Shown here: positions 13,831 through 27,647 of the stretch, in pieces
Layout: every line of letters starts with the position of its first letter
Numbering within the stretch: position 1 is the first letter of the stretch
Source: Ramazzottius varieornatus
Taxonomy: Eukaryota; Animalia; Tardigrada
Reading direction: 5' to 3'
NCBI GenBank assembly: GCA_001949185.1
Contig: BDGG01000007.1
Span: 1,260,730 to 1,324,729, forward strand
Length of the DNA: 64,000 nt
Notes under the pieces: generated by a model
Seen by the model: the letters and a program-made list of their open reading frames with translations, nothing else
What the model was told of the DNA's origin: nothing
The model's database searches: none
Translations under genes and position numbers: made by a program

Positions 13831-14098
13831 TTATTACTTTCAGGACTATTCATCTGAACCGTGTCCACGAACTAAACATCAAGAAGCAAACAAAACGACG
13901 AATATTCTGCGAAGTGAAGTGTAACGATAGCGCTGCAAGTCATAATGAATCCACATTCTTAGAACAAAAGCTCCGTTTGAGAGAAGTCAAGACCTGAGAT
14001 ACTATACTACCTGATGATCATAACAAACGCATAAAAGCACAATGGGTATATCAGAGACGACACTTTTACAAGTCACAGTAAAATAAGAAAGTCTGTCC

Positions 14099-17000
14099 TC
14101 AAGGGTAATCTGAACATGGATGGAAGGACTCGCCCACCGTCCCGGCAAGTTCCGTATCAGCCTTGTCCACTGCGCACTGGACGGACTTGTCCACGCCACA
14201 TATCTTCTGTCCTTGGTACTTCATACCCATCTCTTGGCACTTCCTACAAAACAAAACAGACGTTATCAAGTGCTACTATTGTAAAAACCAATTAGTAGCA
14301 AGTTCTCAAGGCATCCCTTCAAAATGTAATAAGTTTTTACCCCTTGTTACCACCGTAAACATCAAATGTTTTCAAGTTACCAGGACGCAACCAGTCAACG
14401 TAACCGTTTGTTCACACCCGTTACCAACATGAAAAAGAAGCGTTTCGATGTTACTGTGATCTAACTAGTAAAACCGTTTGTTACCACAAGTCCCACGGAA
14501 AAACTCGAATGTCACCATGTTACCACACTACTACCAACAATAAAACCATCCACCGCATCGTCTTACCTTCTGGAGAACCATACACGGATAGTGTAGTCGT
14601 CGGACACGGTAACGAGCGTTTCTTGATCCGCCGGACAGAAGGCGACACTATTTACCACACTCTGGTGTTGCAGCGAGCTCAGCGTGATGTTGTGATGCCG
14701 GTCCCAGATGTAGCCTTTACTATCCTCCGCACCCGAGGCTACAAAGTCCTCCGAGACATCCACGAAGATGAAGAAGCATTCTTCACTTGGTGTGAAAGCT
14801 CGATGAGCTCGGTAGATGTGTGGCGCTTCTTTTAAAGTCAAAAGATCGTAGCAACGAATCTCGATCTGACTGGAAATCGGCGGCGGTACAAATGGATCTG
14901 AGAATGAGATTAGTTGAGAACGACGAAGGAAGAAATGGAAGCGGAAAAAAACTCAACTGGAACGTTTTTCCGCGTGGTGCACGGTTATATTGTTACTGGC
15001 TAGAATCATGCGCCGCTCGTAAAAACGATCTTGACGAATTATAAAGTGGCGCATGCACCCAGCCATTGTTACGCTAACCGTGCGCAACTTGGGAGAACGA
15101 CCGGGTCGTTTTTGTTTGCAGAGTCGTCAGTACGAGGAGAGAGGCCCAACTTTTCTAACGAGCTTACTTTGCTAAGCCAAATTCTGAAGGTAGCGCTACC
15201 CACTGCGAATCTAGACTACAACCAGTTGGCGGCTGAGCGGAAGTTAGCAAAGTTTTAGCCAGTTAGCATTCACAGTTCAGTTTAGGCCTTGATTCAGTGA
15301 TCAGCAAAGTCCACCAAGAGACTCAGATAAATCTCTCAAGGCAATGCGTTTTCGCTCGGAATTTAGCAAAGTTGTAACCGTTCCGATTTGGATAGAACGG
15401 CCGTGGTGCGTTATGATTAACCCTGAGCACACTTTCAGAAATGTGTGATTCCGCTAGGTTCGACACATATGTGCTAGATCTGGCTTGGCTTGTTCTGCCC
15501 TCTGCAGAAAGAGTGCTTCCTAATATCGGATGCCATCTTCGAATGACTTCCACTCTGGAATATCTCTCATCACGATCTTCCAATGTTCTCAACTTCTGTC
15601 TGCAGCAGAATGAAGCAAGGTTGTGGGAGATACTTGTGAGTTAAGTTGAAGTGCAGGACCTGATGGTTTTTGAGAAATTCGTTAGTTAGAAAAGTAGTAA
15701 CCAGTTTGGCGAGTTAGAAAAGTTGGGTTTTGCTCCTCGTACTGAAAACTTGCAGATAATTCGTACCGGTAATTCTGACGTCTTGGGGCCAACTGCGGCA
15801 GTTCGCGAAGAGGTATCGCTGGTCAGGTGAAAGACAAAGACCGATTATTTGGGCGCTGAGCTCGAAGACGTGGTCCACCGTGTCGTACTGGATGGGTGGA
15901 GGCTGACCGGCTTCCGCATTCTCCATCTCCCGGTCATGCTCATCCATGGCTTCTCGAAGCGTCCGATGGACCGTGGTGCCGGGAAACGGTATGGTAGCCT
16001 TCTTCAGCTTCTTAATACCGATTTGGTGAGGTATGTAGGTCTGACTTCCGGTGGAGAAAATCATCAGCGTTTCATCTTCTGGACCATCTGTAAACATGAC
16101 ACACTACTAAACTCCACTCCAGAGCAAATTTATCAGCTCGGGAAACCAGATCCGACAAGTGACGCGCGTTTACAGCCAAGTAACACTACATATGTGCGCC
16201 ACTTGGAAAGCGATGCTGTCGAGTTAGTTTCTGAAGCGACGCACGCTTACAGGGACAGTTTCTGGAAAGGTGCGCCACTTGAATCACGATCTGGTCACTC
16301 TTGTTTGCGGAGCTCTCAAATCCCCTTCTTCCGACCTTACCTTTCGGACAAGCGACCAATAAAGTTCGCAAACTGCTCCCATTAACATTCAGAAACTTAT
16401 AGGCTCTACGCATCACAGCAACACGTTCAGACTCCAACTCTTGAGAAGCTTTACTGATCCACAAACTGCAGCACGAATCCACTCCAGTCACCCAGTGTAA
16501 GTTCCCAGAAAAGAGGTGATCATCGTTCAACCAACTTCCAAAAATATCGTAGGGTTTATTGCGAACCTAGAACAAACAAAACAACCCATAAAAAAGCCAC
16601 TACTACTCTCACTTCCGGTTCTAATACAAGTCCGTGCCAAGCCAAAGCCGTGCCGTTGACAGGGCGTGTTAGATTTACGCTATAGGCGTAGGAGTTGGCT
16701 AACAGCATGTACTGAACACCGTAGGACAATACAGCACCACAATGTTGAAAGCGACAATTGATTGGGCTTGATTGCTTACCTTGCACTGAACAGAGAAGTC
16801 ATCCTGGGTAGAAAACACCACCAACTCTCCGCTGGTACTTAACGGTCCAAAGTGAACTCCCGAAACGAGCAGCAACGTGTCGGAAGAGTTAAAAACACTG
16901 TACTGGGTATACTTCCAGGCGAAGTTTGACTTCATGTTCGACTGAAACTTGCGTCGATAAGGGAACTCCGTCACGTCCCAGCACTTGACGAAGCCATCCT

Positions 17001-17688
17001 TGGAGCAGGTGGAGAACATCCGGCCATCGTGAGAGAAGCTTACATGCAGCACTTCATCTCGATGATCACGGATCAGCTGCACCTGGATCAGAGGAACTTC
17101 GTAGGTCAGGCGTTTGTACTCGCTCTTCCAGGTGGAAAAGCGCTCGTCGTCTTGAATGTTCTTGCGTCGTGCGCGAGTGTCAATCTTGAAGTCACGAGCG
17201 AAGATATTCTTCCAGACTAAATCATGCTGAGTGGACTTGTACCAGTTTTGACAGATCCGAGCGCAGCTAGCGATGTCTTGAACGGAGAGTTCGGACAGAA
17301 CGCGCACCATGATGTCGAGGTAGAGCTCACTCCAGCCATCGATCGATGAATCGGAAGTGGAATTTCTCCTGTAAAATAACCCCAAGTCTGAAAATATTCC
17401 ATCAGTTAATTCCTGCACTCAATCCCTTCGTTAATTCTTCTGAAAAATGCACGTGATGTTTCTGCTTTACTTTTCCTGGCTGGTGGAAGCTTCTTCACCG
17501 CCATACTGGACGGAGAAGTCTCGACGATGGCCGTCGTCGATGAAGTTGCCATCGGGGTCGTCCATGGTCGGTGTCCTGGCCAGGATTTCACGGTCCGGAC
17601 TGCAACCTTCATCGACGATAGTCGAAGTTCTTCTTCGACGAGAAGGTAGTCCGAACTGTGAAGCATGGTGACGGCTGAGGGAGCTCAT
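14099..17688 (-). CDS. FBXW5: F-box/WD repeat-containing protein 5; exons 17688-17471, 17368-16780, 16566-16341, 16087-15767, 14897-14567, 14243-14099
   Basis: F-box (WSELYLDIMVRVLSEL..CARICQNW) plus FBXW5 motifs HRDEVLHVSFSHDG.MFSTCSKDG, WKYTQYS.FNSSDTLLLVSGV, VRNKPYDIFG.WL, IIGLCLSPDQRYL, RAHRAFTPSEECFFIF.DVS.DFVASGAED and VVNSVAF. All junctions are GT-AG and phase-compatible (2,0,1,1,2). First and last exons are less certain. Confidence 0.92.
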
Positions 17689-18983
17689 TGTCTGCAAAAG
17701 AACAAGATTGGGGAAATGGGGTTATTTTTCCTATTTCATCAAATCAAAATAAAAACTTGCCGAAATTCGAAGTTTATAATTCCCAGCCGATCACGTGCTG
17801 AGACCGCGTTAAGCCTGACATGTAAGAATCAGGTGATCATGTGTTGAGAGTGGAATAGCTTGGCGTCACTCACTTGATATCAATAAAGCACATCAATCAG
17901 CTGATTGCCCAGCTGAGCAAGACAAAAAAGCGAGCAATTAATTTCCAGCCCGACGTAGTGAAAGAAACCAATACTCTCTTCACTGAAACTGAAAGACAAG
18001 CGAGCTCGTGAGCTATTATAAAAGTCAAAAGAATTTTACGAAAGTTTGTAGGAAAATACGGCGGCAAACGGAGAAGCCTCCAGCGTCCAACTTACGTATC
18101 CGTACCTGTCGCCCGGTCACCTCTCGCTTGATCCCGATTCCCGAAAGAGTACCACTCCGTTCAGCAGAGCGCCACGTCAATGACAGTCCAGTAGACAACC
18201 CATGATTTCCAGCTCACGACTTGACCCTCCAGCGATGTCCAGAGATTATCTAAACAGATCCAGGCATTCTCCGCGCAAGTGAATAGAAATTGGAATTTGG
18301 AAAGTGAGAAATTTGATTAGTACTAATAAACACAGAAGGTCAATATCCCCCCCCGACTGCTGGGACTTGTACACTGACAATCCCTTTATGCCCCGGTATT
18401 ACACATCGAATATGAGGGGGCTCAAAGGGTCGGTTTCAGATCACCACTCCGAGTTGGTACAGAAAGGGAGAACCCACCTACGGAGATACGTGGTCACAAG
18501 TAAAAATCCTCTTTTGCCCAGGACATTCTTCGCCTTGGCCAGTCCAGGAGAAAATTGTCGGAAAGTGCACTGGTGTGAATTACATATGAACATGCGCACA
18601 TCTGTTCCGTTGTTCCGGAATCGCCTGTTCCAGACTTTGTACTGTTCCAAACTTTCCCTTCATGCGTGTAGGCCTGCTAGGGGATTCGCGCCGATGGCTC
18701 GAGCTGACGCTGCTGTTTACGAACAAAATCACGCTTAATGGCATGGCTCCTTCAAAAATCTCGTGCTGAAAACTGTCGATCGCGACCTGTCGTCGGGAAA
18801 GTATTGGGCGGACGCATGGTAAGCTCGGACAGGCTCGGTAAGCTCCGACAGTTTCATGAAGATCTTGTTGAAGGAGAACGACCCGGGGACTCGTCGAGTG
18901 TCGTTCAGTTACTGCGTACTTTGACAGCTTTTGAGATCAGTTTGCTGGATTGAAATGTTTCTTTCCCGCTTTATTCTCTTCAG

Positions 18984-21900
18984 ACATGACGTGGCAGTGG
19001 ATCTTCCATTAGATGTTCGGCGCAGCTGCCGCGACAAGAGCGGGACGTTTAGCTTAGGTTTCACTTTTCAAATCAATGTTACTTGTCAACTATACGGACC
19101 ATTTCAGTTTAGGGATGGCAATTCCGCCGGACCTTCTCCCTGGAACGGAATTCGGAAAGGAATTCCTAATTTTCCTATTTTCCGTTTCCTAAAACGGCTA
19201 AACCAAAAATCGGAACTCCAGTACGACAGTCTAGAACGGCAAAAAAACAGGCGGAAGCTCGGCCTAGCCCCGGCTGACAAGCTCAGCAAACTCGTTTACA
19301 TGTGGCGCACGCTTTCAGCTAGTTATACTGGAAGGGTGCACCACTTGGCAAAACAATCAAGTCGAGTACAGTATGTTGGCCGAGCTTCCGCACAGTATGT
19401 TGGCAGAGCTTCCGAACGGTTGTGGAACAACCGTTCACCAACTGTAATGCTTCATGAACTTGGCGAACGACGTCGCAGCAAGCATATACTGTATGCGGCA
19501 TTATACCTGTAAACTCCACACTCACTGGGATGCCAGTTCGCCAAGTACATGGAGCATTACAGAACGCCAATTATTCGAAAAAGTGGGGATTTCAATGTAG
19601 AAAACCGATTTTTACAAGCGGAATTCCGGCTTGGTCCTTATATTCCGATTCGGAATTCCACTGTTCCAAATCCGGCTCGGCCAGAACGGAGCGGAAAACG
19701 GAATGCCCATCCTTATTTCTACTTCTCAAGCGTGAAATGTTTCTTCCAGTATAAAAAGGTATTTGCAGGTTGTACAGCTGTATTAGTTATGCGTTTCGGG
19801 AAATTACTTTCAGAGCTTGTACGCAAAGTTTTCCATGAAGATGTTGCTTCCGTCAAAGTATGGTTCGCCGTTCCTTGCTTGCCTCCGGATGATCTCCTCA
19901 AGTTTCATGTATGCTCGGTCATCCGGTGAGCCATCGAAACCTGGCAAAACTAACGACGATTCTTCCACTGCAGCTTTGTATTACGCTCAACTTTTCAACA
20001 AGAAGGAACACTGCAAGGTGCTGACTTGAAATAATTCCATTGCTAAATCTCTCTTACACTGTAAACCTGGCACTTCTTGCAGGGACCGTTCGTCTGGTCT
20101 TGCGAAGACTGCGGGCTTCCAATCTACAATGTGGACGACAAGAACATTACGCGGCAATGCGTAAAGGTTCTCGTCCGCGAGGTACTTGACATCCACGCCG
20201 AGATAATCCCACTGGCTAACCGTCATGTCATCACTTTTAACAGGACATCTTTCTGTTACAGAAACTTGGTGCTGCTGAAAAGCGCGGCGATAATGGCCGT
20301 TTCTCCTTCGACAAAGTCGTCTCTCCACCACCCTCCTGGCAAAAGTACGACGGCTTCGAAATTCGGCTCCTCAAGTTTATTGCCGAATACCATAAGTTTT
20401 ACATCGCCTTGCACCACTGGGAAGACTTTGCTAGCGTCACCGACCAAGCCGACAACGTGGACGACTCGGTCAACGCCTCCACGGCCAAGGTGGACCCGGA
20501 CATTGTGGCGAAACGTGTCGTCATCTCCCTTGTCAGTCGGGGCGAGTATCATTTGGGCAGCGGTAGTTTTACCATGGGTCAACATATGAACAACAGCCCG
20601 GTGGATTACAGCGAAGGCTTCTATAGTATGCAGGTGGTACTGATACAACGCCTGCCACCGGCCAGTAAGGAAGTGGAAAGTATACCGTTCGAACCCAAGA
20701 TCTTGTTCATTGCCGTGGGTACACTGTTGGTGGTTAGTGCAGCCTGGAATAGAATCAAGTCGCTGATTGCATGGAAAGAGGGAAAGAACCCGAAGATGGA
20801 GGGGTCGCTGTGGTATCGATACGTGTCGGACTTGCTGGAAATGTTCTCGTCCATATTCGACCAAGGTCAGATCTTATTCGAACGGAAGCTTAATTATGTT
20901 CTTTGCAATTTCAGTTTAAATGGCACAATTGTGAATAGGTTTTCGCTTTACGGACCTTATATCTTTGAGAGTAAAAGCGAAATATAAGATTGAATTTTCA
21001 TCTGAGATACTTGGGAGACATTTCAGACGTTTTAAATTTTCAATGCACGTCTAACTTTCCTTTTGTTTGGAAAGTTCGACAACAGATGGTTGGATTTTAT
21101 CTACGAGGTAAAGGTCGTAAACTTAGCCGCTTCATACCGAGTTTGTAAAGTTAGCCACGGCTGTAGCGTCTATCGCTTGATTGACCATTTGATTGTCAGT
21201 CTTCGCTTTTCAACATGGGATTCAACGTTTTTTTTAATTACGGATCTCTTGAATTCTCCGAATCTTCACGTTGACTGTACCTAAGGTTATTCGATAGCCC
21301 ATTATTTTATCTATCGATCTATCCATAAATGTTTGGGAGTAAGTAGGAGAGAACAGGCGAACTTGGACGGCTAACTTTACAAACCCGGTATAGGGTGGCT
21401 AACTTTACAACCTTTCCCTCGTACGGTTTCTGTGTGATTACACTGACGCATGGAATGTCCCATTTTCCCAGACATGTTCCCGGCGCAGTCTGGTCGGCAA
21501 ATGATCCTGGCCGGCGGGATGATCCTCATCTCCTGGTGGGGGTATGTGATCATCTTCCGCAGTCTTTACACAGCTTTGATGACATCCAAGATGTCTATCA
21601 GCTATCGCATTGCACCGGTGGCAGGTTTGGAGCAGCTGGCATCACGAAGCGACCTTGTGCCCATCGTCATGCGTGACAGCGTCCTCAAAGACTGGCTCGA
21701 AGTACAGTGTATATGCATACTAAGACACATAAGCTTCTGTAATTAAATTCTCATACCAATGCAATGTCTCATAAATATTTCGGTGTCATTATCGCAGGAA
21801 AGACGAGAGCAGCCTGTTTATCAAGACATCTGGCGCAAGCTAAACTCAAACACTTCAGCTTTCCCACTCATCACCGACATGTCGTACGACGCCATCTTTA

Positions 21901-22367
21901 GCATACTTAAGAAGGATGCAACAAACTCCTACGTACTCCTCACCACGATGAAAGCTAGCTTTGTTTACGGGAAGGACATGATGTGTGAAGCACACACCGA
22001 AAAGATCAACTACTGGTTCTGGAAAGCCTTTCCGCTCCCGCCCAATGCTACCCACTTCAAGAGAACCATGATTGACGGGTATACAGTATACACGTTTTCT
22101 CGATGTGTGACTAAGTTAACTGATTATCGACCCGTTCGCTTGTGCAGTATTCGCAAAGCATTGTATGCCGGTCTGCTGGACAAGCTCGTACAAGATTTCG
22201 GCACGGTTCAACATTACTGCAGTACAGGCGGAAATGACTTCGGGACAACGGATTTGAGTATCGTCAACTTGAATAACACTTTCATGTACTTCGCTTACGC
22301 TTTATCCATTGCTTTTATAGTCTTCGTCTTAGAGCTTGTATGCAAAAGTATTCGCCGTTGTATGTAA
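18984..22367 (+). CDS. Divergent ionotropic receptor (IR/iGluR superfamily); 5' end not located; exons include 18984-19057, 19814-~19920, 20083-20181, 20262-20865, 21472-21701, 21798-22078, 22148-22367
   Basis: S1 motif YDGFEIRLLKFIAEYHKF and PVDYS; M1 hydrophobic segment; M3-like ISWWGYVIIFRSLYTALMTSKM; GLEQLAS; S2 end IRKALYAGLLDKL; LSIVNLNNTF followed by a final TM helix. Introns from 20182 onward are phase-compatible GT-AG. The link from ~19920 to 20083 is unresolved. Confidence 0.8.
19110..19715. mobile_element. Old hAT-like MITE in an IR intron
   Basis: Imperfect TIRs TAGGGATGGCAATTCCG / reverse complement TAAGGATGGGCATTCCG. Many subterminal (C)GGAA(TTCC) motifs. TSD degenerate (tttcagtt vs tttctact). 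Confidence 0.55.
21104..21421. mobile_element. Tc1/mariner-type MITE (318 bp) in an IR intron
   Basis: TA flanks at 21102-21103 and 21422-21423. Imperfect ~50-bp TIRs beginning CGAGG(T/G)AAAGGT. Full-length second copy at 63543-63857. Confidence 0.88.
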
Positions 22368-22433
22368 CGATTACATGTTTTATTCTACGTGTGGCTCCCT
22401 CAGAAAGCAATGAAGTGAATTCACTGGAGAAAA

Positions 22434-23793
22434 TTAGAAGGCCTTTCCACGTCTTCGAAGTTTGTGACCCACATCTTTGACGACGTAGACTGGTCCCGCG
22501 TCAAACTGCACAGTGTTGTCAATGCGGAACTTCGTCACTGAGGACTTTTGTGGACGGTCCGGGTCCACAATGTCGATACCGACGGCGCAATCGTTGACGT
22601 CCGAAAACTCAGCCACGCCCGTTCGTCGGACTTTGCACAGACAAACGCTACAGGACAGCAAGGCGGGTCGACGAATGTCCAGTTCATCTGTCGTCAGAAG
22701 AGGCCGGACGCGGTCCATGGTAATGGTGTAAGACTGGCCTGGGACAGTTTCCGAATAGCCCAAAAGGTGATCAGCATCGGCCATCCAGTCTCTACAACAA
22801 ACAATTAAATAAATTGCGTGTTTGCGTAAGCTTCGTCTGTCTTATCACTGGTATACGACTGCCCGGTTACAGTGGAGTGGGTGGTGTATGTACATACCCG
22901 TTTGCGATGATAGTTTGTTGCTCCTCAATGGCCAAGCTACCGTTCTTCCAGTAGGAAGTCAGCGTGCAGGTCTGCAACTGGAAGCCGATACCGGTAAAGG
23001 TAGGATCGTAGTTTGCGGTGCTGACTGTGAAGCTCTGTTGGTTGGTCGAGTTGGTGGGACTAGTTGTCATCCTGCACGAAAAACTTGTCCGTTTAGTCGT
23101 ACTCAACCAGCAAATATGAACTAGGTTCCAAATGACTTACGTATGTGTCAAGGCACTGCAGCTGTGCAAGTCAGCTCCATCAACTAGAGGGAATTCTGGC
23201 ACGATTGGCTCAGCATCCACGGGGTCGCTGATCTCCCGATACAGGCGAACCTTAATGATACGCCCTCCCCACAGATGGACATTTGCCTCATCACCCGCCT
23301 GGAACCTTTGATGAACGTGTAGGTCGAACTCCCGGTAGGCCATCTGTTTCTCGAGCACCGTGACGATGCCACACCCGGCCAGTTGGGCAAAGGTTCGATC
23401 GAATAACGCAGGTCCATCCACCACCAGGTGGCATGGTCCCGGGACTGTGCCTCCATTGCCGATGACGACGGTGGTTCTTGCCAGTTGTGGTCCGTTCAGG
23501 CTCTCGTTATCGCGAATGTTGATGTTGACTGTTCCGTCGGCCTTGTAGGTGACCTTGATGCTACCTCCGTAGTTGTGTTGAGCGTATTGCCATCGGAGTT
23601 CACCGGAGGCGTCAGCTGGGCAGGCTCGGTTCCCGGCGCATTGGTCGTTCTCTTTAAGGGTCAGGAACTCGTATTTATCATTGGCAACGGAGCGAGAGAT
23701 GGATGGCAGTCGGATGCGTTGAGAACGGGAAGCCTTAGCAGTGGCCACGTTTAGACACACAGCCGAGAAGGCGACAAGCGCCAGGAACTTCAT
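22434..23793 (-). CDS. Secreted ZP-domain-like protein A; exons 23793-23141, 23071-22898, 22791-22434
   Basis: Signal peptide MKFLALVAFSAVCLNVATA and two phase-2 GT-AG introns. The C-terminal half (FQLQTCTL..TIIANG..LLSCSVCLC) resembles ZP-C. The gene model is firm; the ZP assignment is from motif pattern only. Confidence 0.7.
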
Positions 23794-24506
23794 GGCGCTT
23801 TTTTGCGCTAGACGATGCTACTGAAAAGGGACTGGTGATGTGAAGTGAGCAAGCCTTTGTGCCCAGAGAGTGTACTGCAGCAGAATTTACAAATTATCGC
23901 CATTTGCTTTGTGAAGACGCGGAAGTGTGAGTGACATTATCTTGGAAGCTTATCGGAATTCGGATGGTGGAATTTACAATTTGGCAAGGCTGGGCGAGAA
24001 TCCTTCAGTAGGGAGATAACATTTAAAGCGGCTCCGGAAGTGTCGTCGCAGGCAGATGGCATGTGTCTGAACTGATCGGCTGGAATTTCGAAAGGCGAGG
24101 TGGGCAATGCGCCAGCGCCATTCACATGGATACAGATTTCCGAGAATCGAAGTGCATGTGGCATTGTGCGCAGCTTATCGGGGACCCTATGTTCCTCGCA
24201 ATGAATTACGGCTGTCTTATCTCCTGGCTGACCTTGGCAGCTGCCTGCGGAACTTCGTAGTAATTGGAAAGAATAAGATGAACGCTTCTCAAGGTCGATT
24301 TTACGACACACTCTTTAGGCTACGAATTTCAGTGTGACCAAGCTATATACCGGTATTTCTCGTGTTATTCTTGCATGCACCGAAACGTTGCGAATGTCAG
24401 CTGCGGTTACTTCGTGCGAATAAAAAAAACACAGAACGGAAAAAAGTCTTGCGAAGACGTCAACAAGGTTACAGCGTTGGAATTCGAGACTCAGTGGCAA
24501 AGGTAA

Positions 24507-25865
24507 CTATTCGAGAACAGACTCTACCAAACCAAATGGATTGGGACAAGTGGCCGATCGTGGCAGTTGCGGTTGTGACCGGCAAGCTGGCAGATTTCTT
24601 CCCGCAGCGTCTTGAGAGCGTCGGTGGGTGCAGTATTGCACTTTACACTCGACTTTCAAGGCCTCATCAGGCTTGCCTTCGAACTGGAAGTCATCCATAG
24701 CCACTTCCTTCACGGCGGTCAAGTCATAAGGTAAGGACGACGGCACTGCACATTCTGTAGGATCAAGAGTGCTTGGACCACTACGACAAACGAAATATTT
24801 CCCATCATTTATGGTGAAAATCTCGAGAAAAAGGTTCAAGTTATCGACTGTACTTTGGGGTGATGTTAACCACCTCGGCTCCGGCAGCAGCTGCAGTCTC
24901 GTAGGAAGCGGGGTACAGTTTCAGGTCGACAATGTCGATACCGGTGGTAGATGAGACAGTGGGGTCCTTTGTCTCAACGTGTACCAAAATGGAGTTCTCA
25001 GTCTTGACACACTGGCAACCAAACCTACCAACGACAACTTATCACACCTATCCTCTACTGCACGGTGGCTAGAGTTTTAGTCCATGAGCTTACGGCGAAA
25101 TCGTACCTTGGGTTGAGCTTGCAAGCGTCCACTGGGCAATGCTCGTGTGAAGGTGGGATGACCCGGACGTCGTTGGTGGTCAAAGGGTTGGCACAACAGG
25201 ACAAGTGTACGGTGAAGGCTTGTTGGGAGGCAGTATTACAACGCTACGACAAGCATCTCTGTGTACAGTACCCACTAAACTTAATGTCATTTCGTAGATT
25301 TACACAAGCAACGTTGAATCAAGTTTCACAGCGGACCCACCTCTGCAGCAATTAGTTGGTCCAGATAAACATCAGTCTCGTAGTACAGTCTTCCCTGCCG
25401 AATGACCATTGTGGTGTTGGGTAGCTTCATGCTCCATGCATCACCTCCAGCGTCGTTGAAATAGGTGTAGGATTCCCTCAGCTTCTTACTGGGATTTTGA
25501 GGGTAAGGGCACACGGCCTTGTTGGTCAGCAGAGAAGACATCTTGTTGAAAGGGGGTGGCGGGGCTAGTGCAATCTCTTGCTGATGCACCCAGGCCGAGC
25601 CATTCAGAAACAGTCCAAAGGTACCGGCGTTGAAGTCACATTGTAGCTGGAGGACCGAGCTGAGGCCACGTCCGTGACAGATGCGAGCGACGCCGGCTTG
25701 CTCGTTGAGGAGGATCCTCGACCCTTCCGGCTTGGTGTCGCACTGGCCGTTGGCGTTATTGTCCGAGTCAAGAGACGAGTCGGAGGTGATGATGATATCC
25801 GACGTGGCAAGGGAGAAGGCGAGCGCCAAGCAGAAGAGGGGGAAGTAGTTGATCGAAGACGCCAT
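24507..25865 (-). CDS. Secreted ZP-domain-like protein B; exons 25865-25341, 25243-25107, 25024-24854, 24780-24507
   Basis: Signal peptide and GT-AG introns of phase 0,2,2. FTVHLSCC resembles the end of ZP-N; VVNITPNG and DDFQFEGKPDEALKVECKVQYC resemble ZP-C. Confidence 0.7.
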
Positions 25866-27647
25866 TTTGTTTTCGGGGGATAGTCACCTTTCCGTTGGGT
25901 GTACTTCGGAAAATACTAGCAGAAAGTAGTCTGCTGACTTGCTAGCTGCGTTCGCCTGAATACTCGTCTCCGCAAACTGGTGCTTTCCGTAACTAAGGTT
26001 GCGAACAATGGCATGCTGATAATATGTGTCACTGCGCGATAATGTGGAAGCAATGTTCCACCTTATCGCACGGTGCTGCGAGACGTGGTTTCCATCTACC
26101 AGTCAAATACTGTAATTCTACAACCTCCGGCCTAACGGACTTGTGGGTAAAACGTGGTCGCCCGTGCATCGTCGGCGGAGAGAAGCGCCATCTGACGGGA
26201 AGAAGCCGGCCAATAGAACCGGAGCAGTCACTGTCACCAAAAACGGACAGCAAAAAAGGGTGCATTGACACCGGGGTGACAGCAATTTCGAAAAGAGTAG
26301 AGTACGCGTAATTTGCGGTTGAAACAGCCGCAAGTCTGGCGCCATGGCTCTTGCAGCGGCAGCATTGCGGGAAGTGCAAATATCAAGAAGAGGTCAATCA
26401 ATAAGTCGAGTAACTTGCTTGAATTTATGTGCACATTATGTTCTTTGCTGCTGTTTTTCCCGAAAGTTCTGGAGTTTGAGATATTGCGATGTCTTTTTGA
26501 GGCAAGGCACGGATACGCCAGCTTGATGGCTTGCAAATCTGAGTTCAGCCTGCTTGTTTTGCCACTGGAAAATAAGGTGACCTTTGATTGCAGAGGACAA
26601 TAAGAAAGACACGGCCGGAAGTGCCGCGCGGGAACATTCCACGATACGGAATGGAGAGTTCGTATCAAGGGCATAAGTGAGACAGTTTCATCATACGAGC
26701 CAAGCAAACAGTACTAACAATAGCTCGATTGGTTTTAGAAGCGAACTGGACAGATGACGGTTTTATCATTGTAACCCACGCGGCACTTCCGGTTGTGTCC
26801 TTCCTTGTTTGCCATCCGACTGAAGGAAGCTTCAGAGCCGCGGTTTGCCTTGAACAAGCTTGAATGTTATCTTTCAACTCGGCGACGAATGGTGCATAAA
26901 CGTCGCGTCACCAGATAACCTGTCATTGTCTCTTAATGGAACCTTGGTACACGCGGCCTAAAGTTGTAAGGTTAGGGGCAGCCAAATATCCCTTCCAAAT
27001 GTCGAAAGAAAACTACTCAACCATCAGTAAAACATACCCGCGCAAACCGGCTCCCTGAGCTGCCGCTCCGTCAACACATCTAATTTTCCAGTAGCCGCAT
27101 CAAATCCAAGACGGTGTCTCAGGCTAGCTTGACGCAAATCCAAACTTTATAAAATCCAACATATCTTTTTTAGGAGCATTGCTGTTGTTAGTAACTATTG
27201 ATTGTTGCCTGGAAGTTTCATGTTTTCTTTCAGAGCACCACTAGTGTGACATCAGAGTACAGTGAGGGTTTTTGCGCTGAGGCCTGTGAATCCAGCAGGA
27301 GCCCTCACTGACAGACATTTCGAAGAAATCTGTTCTCACTCATGACTATCCCATGGCTAGTTTCCAGCGCCGACGCAATCAATCTTTCTTGTAAAACTGA
27401 TGTATTGATATATTGGCTAAGCGCAGCCTTCAACCTGGCTCGTCACCTTACCTGACAATAGCCGACCGTTCAGTTATCTGTTCCTTCAATTACGACCCTA
27501 TCGGTCGATAACTCAGCAACGTGAAGGTTGCAAGCCACGTACGCAGCAGCCCAGGTCGCGCTCCTCGGTTCGTTTCAGTCTCCGCTTCCAGCACGCCATC
27601 TTTACAATCGCCCTCCTGTACGCTGTAGGTACCTCACTCTGATCACG

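Noticed and set aside
20256-20864. 202-aa ORF on - strand
   Set aside because: Antisense to the large IR exon.
21063-21284. Similar short ORFs here and at 63520-63723 (YEVKVVNLAA..)
   Set aside because: Incidental translations of two copies of a non-coding MITE.
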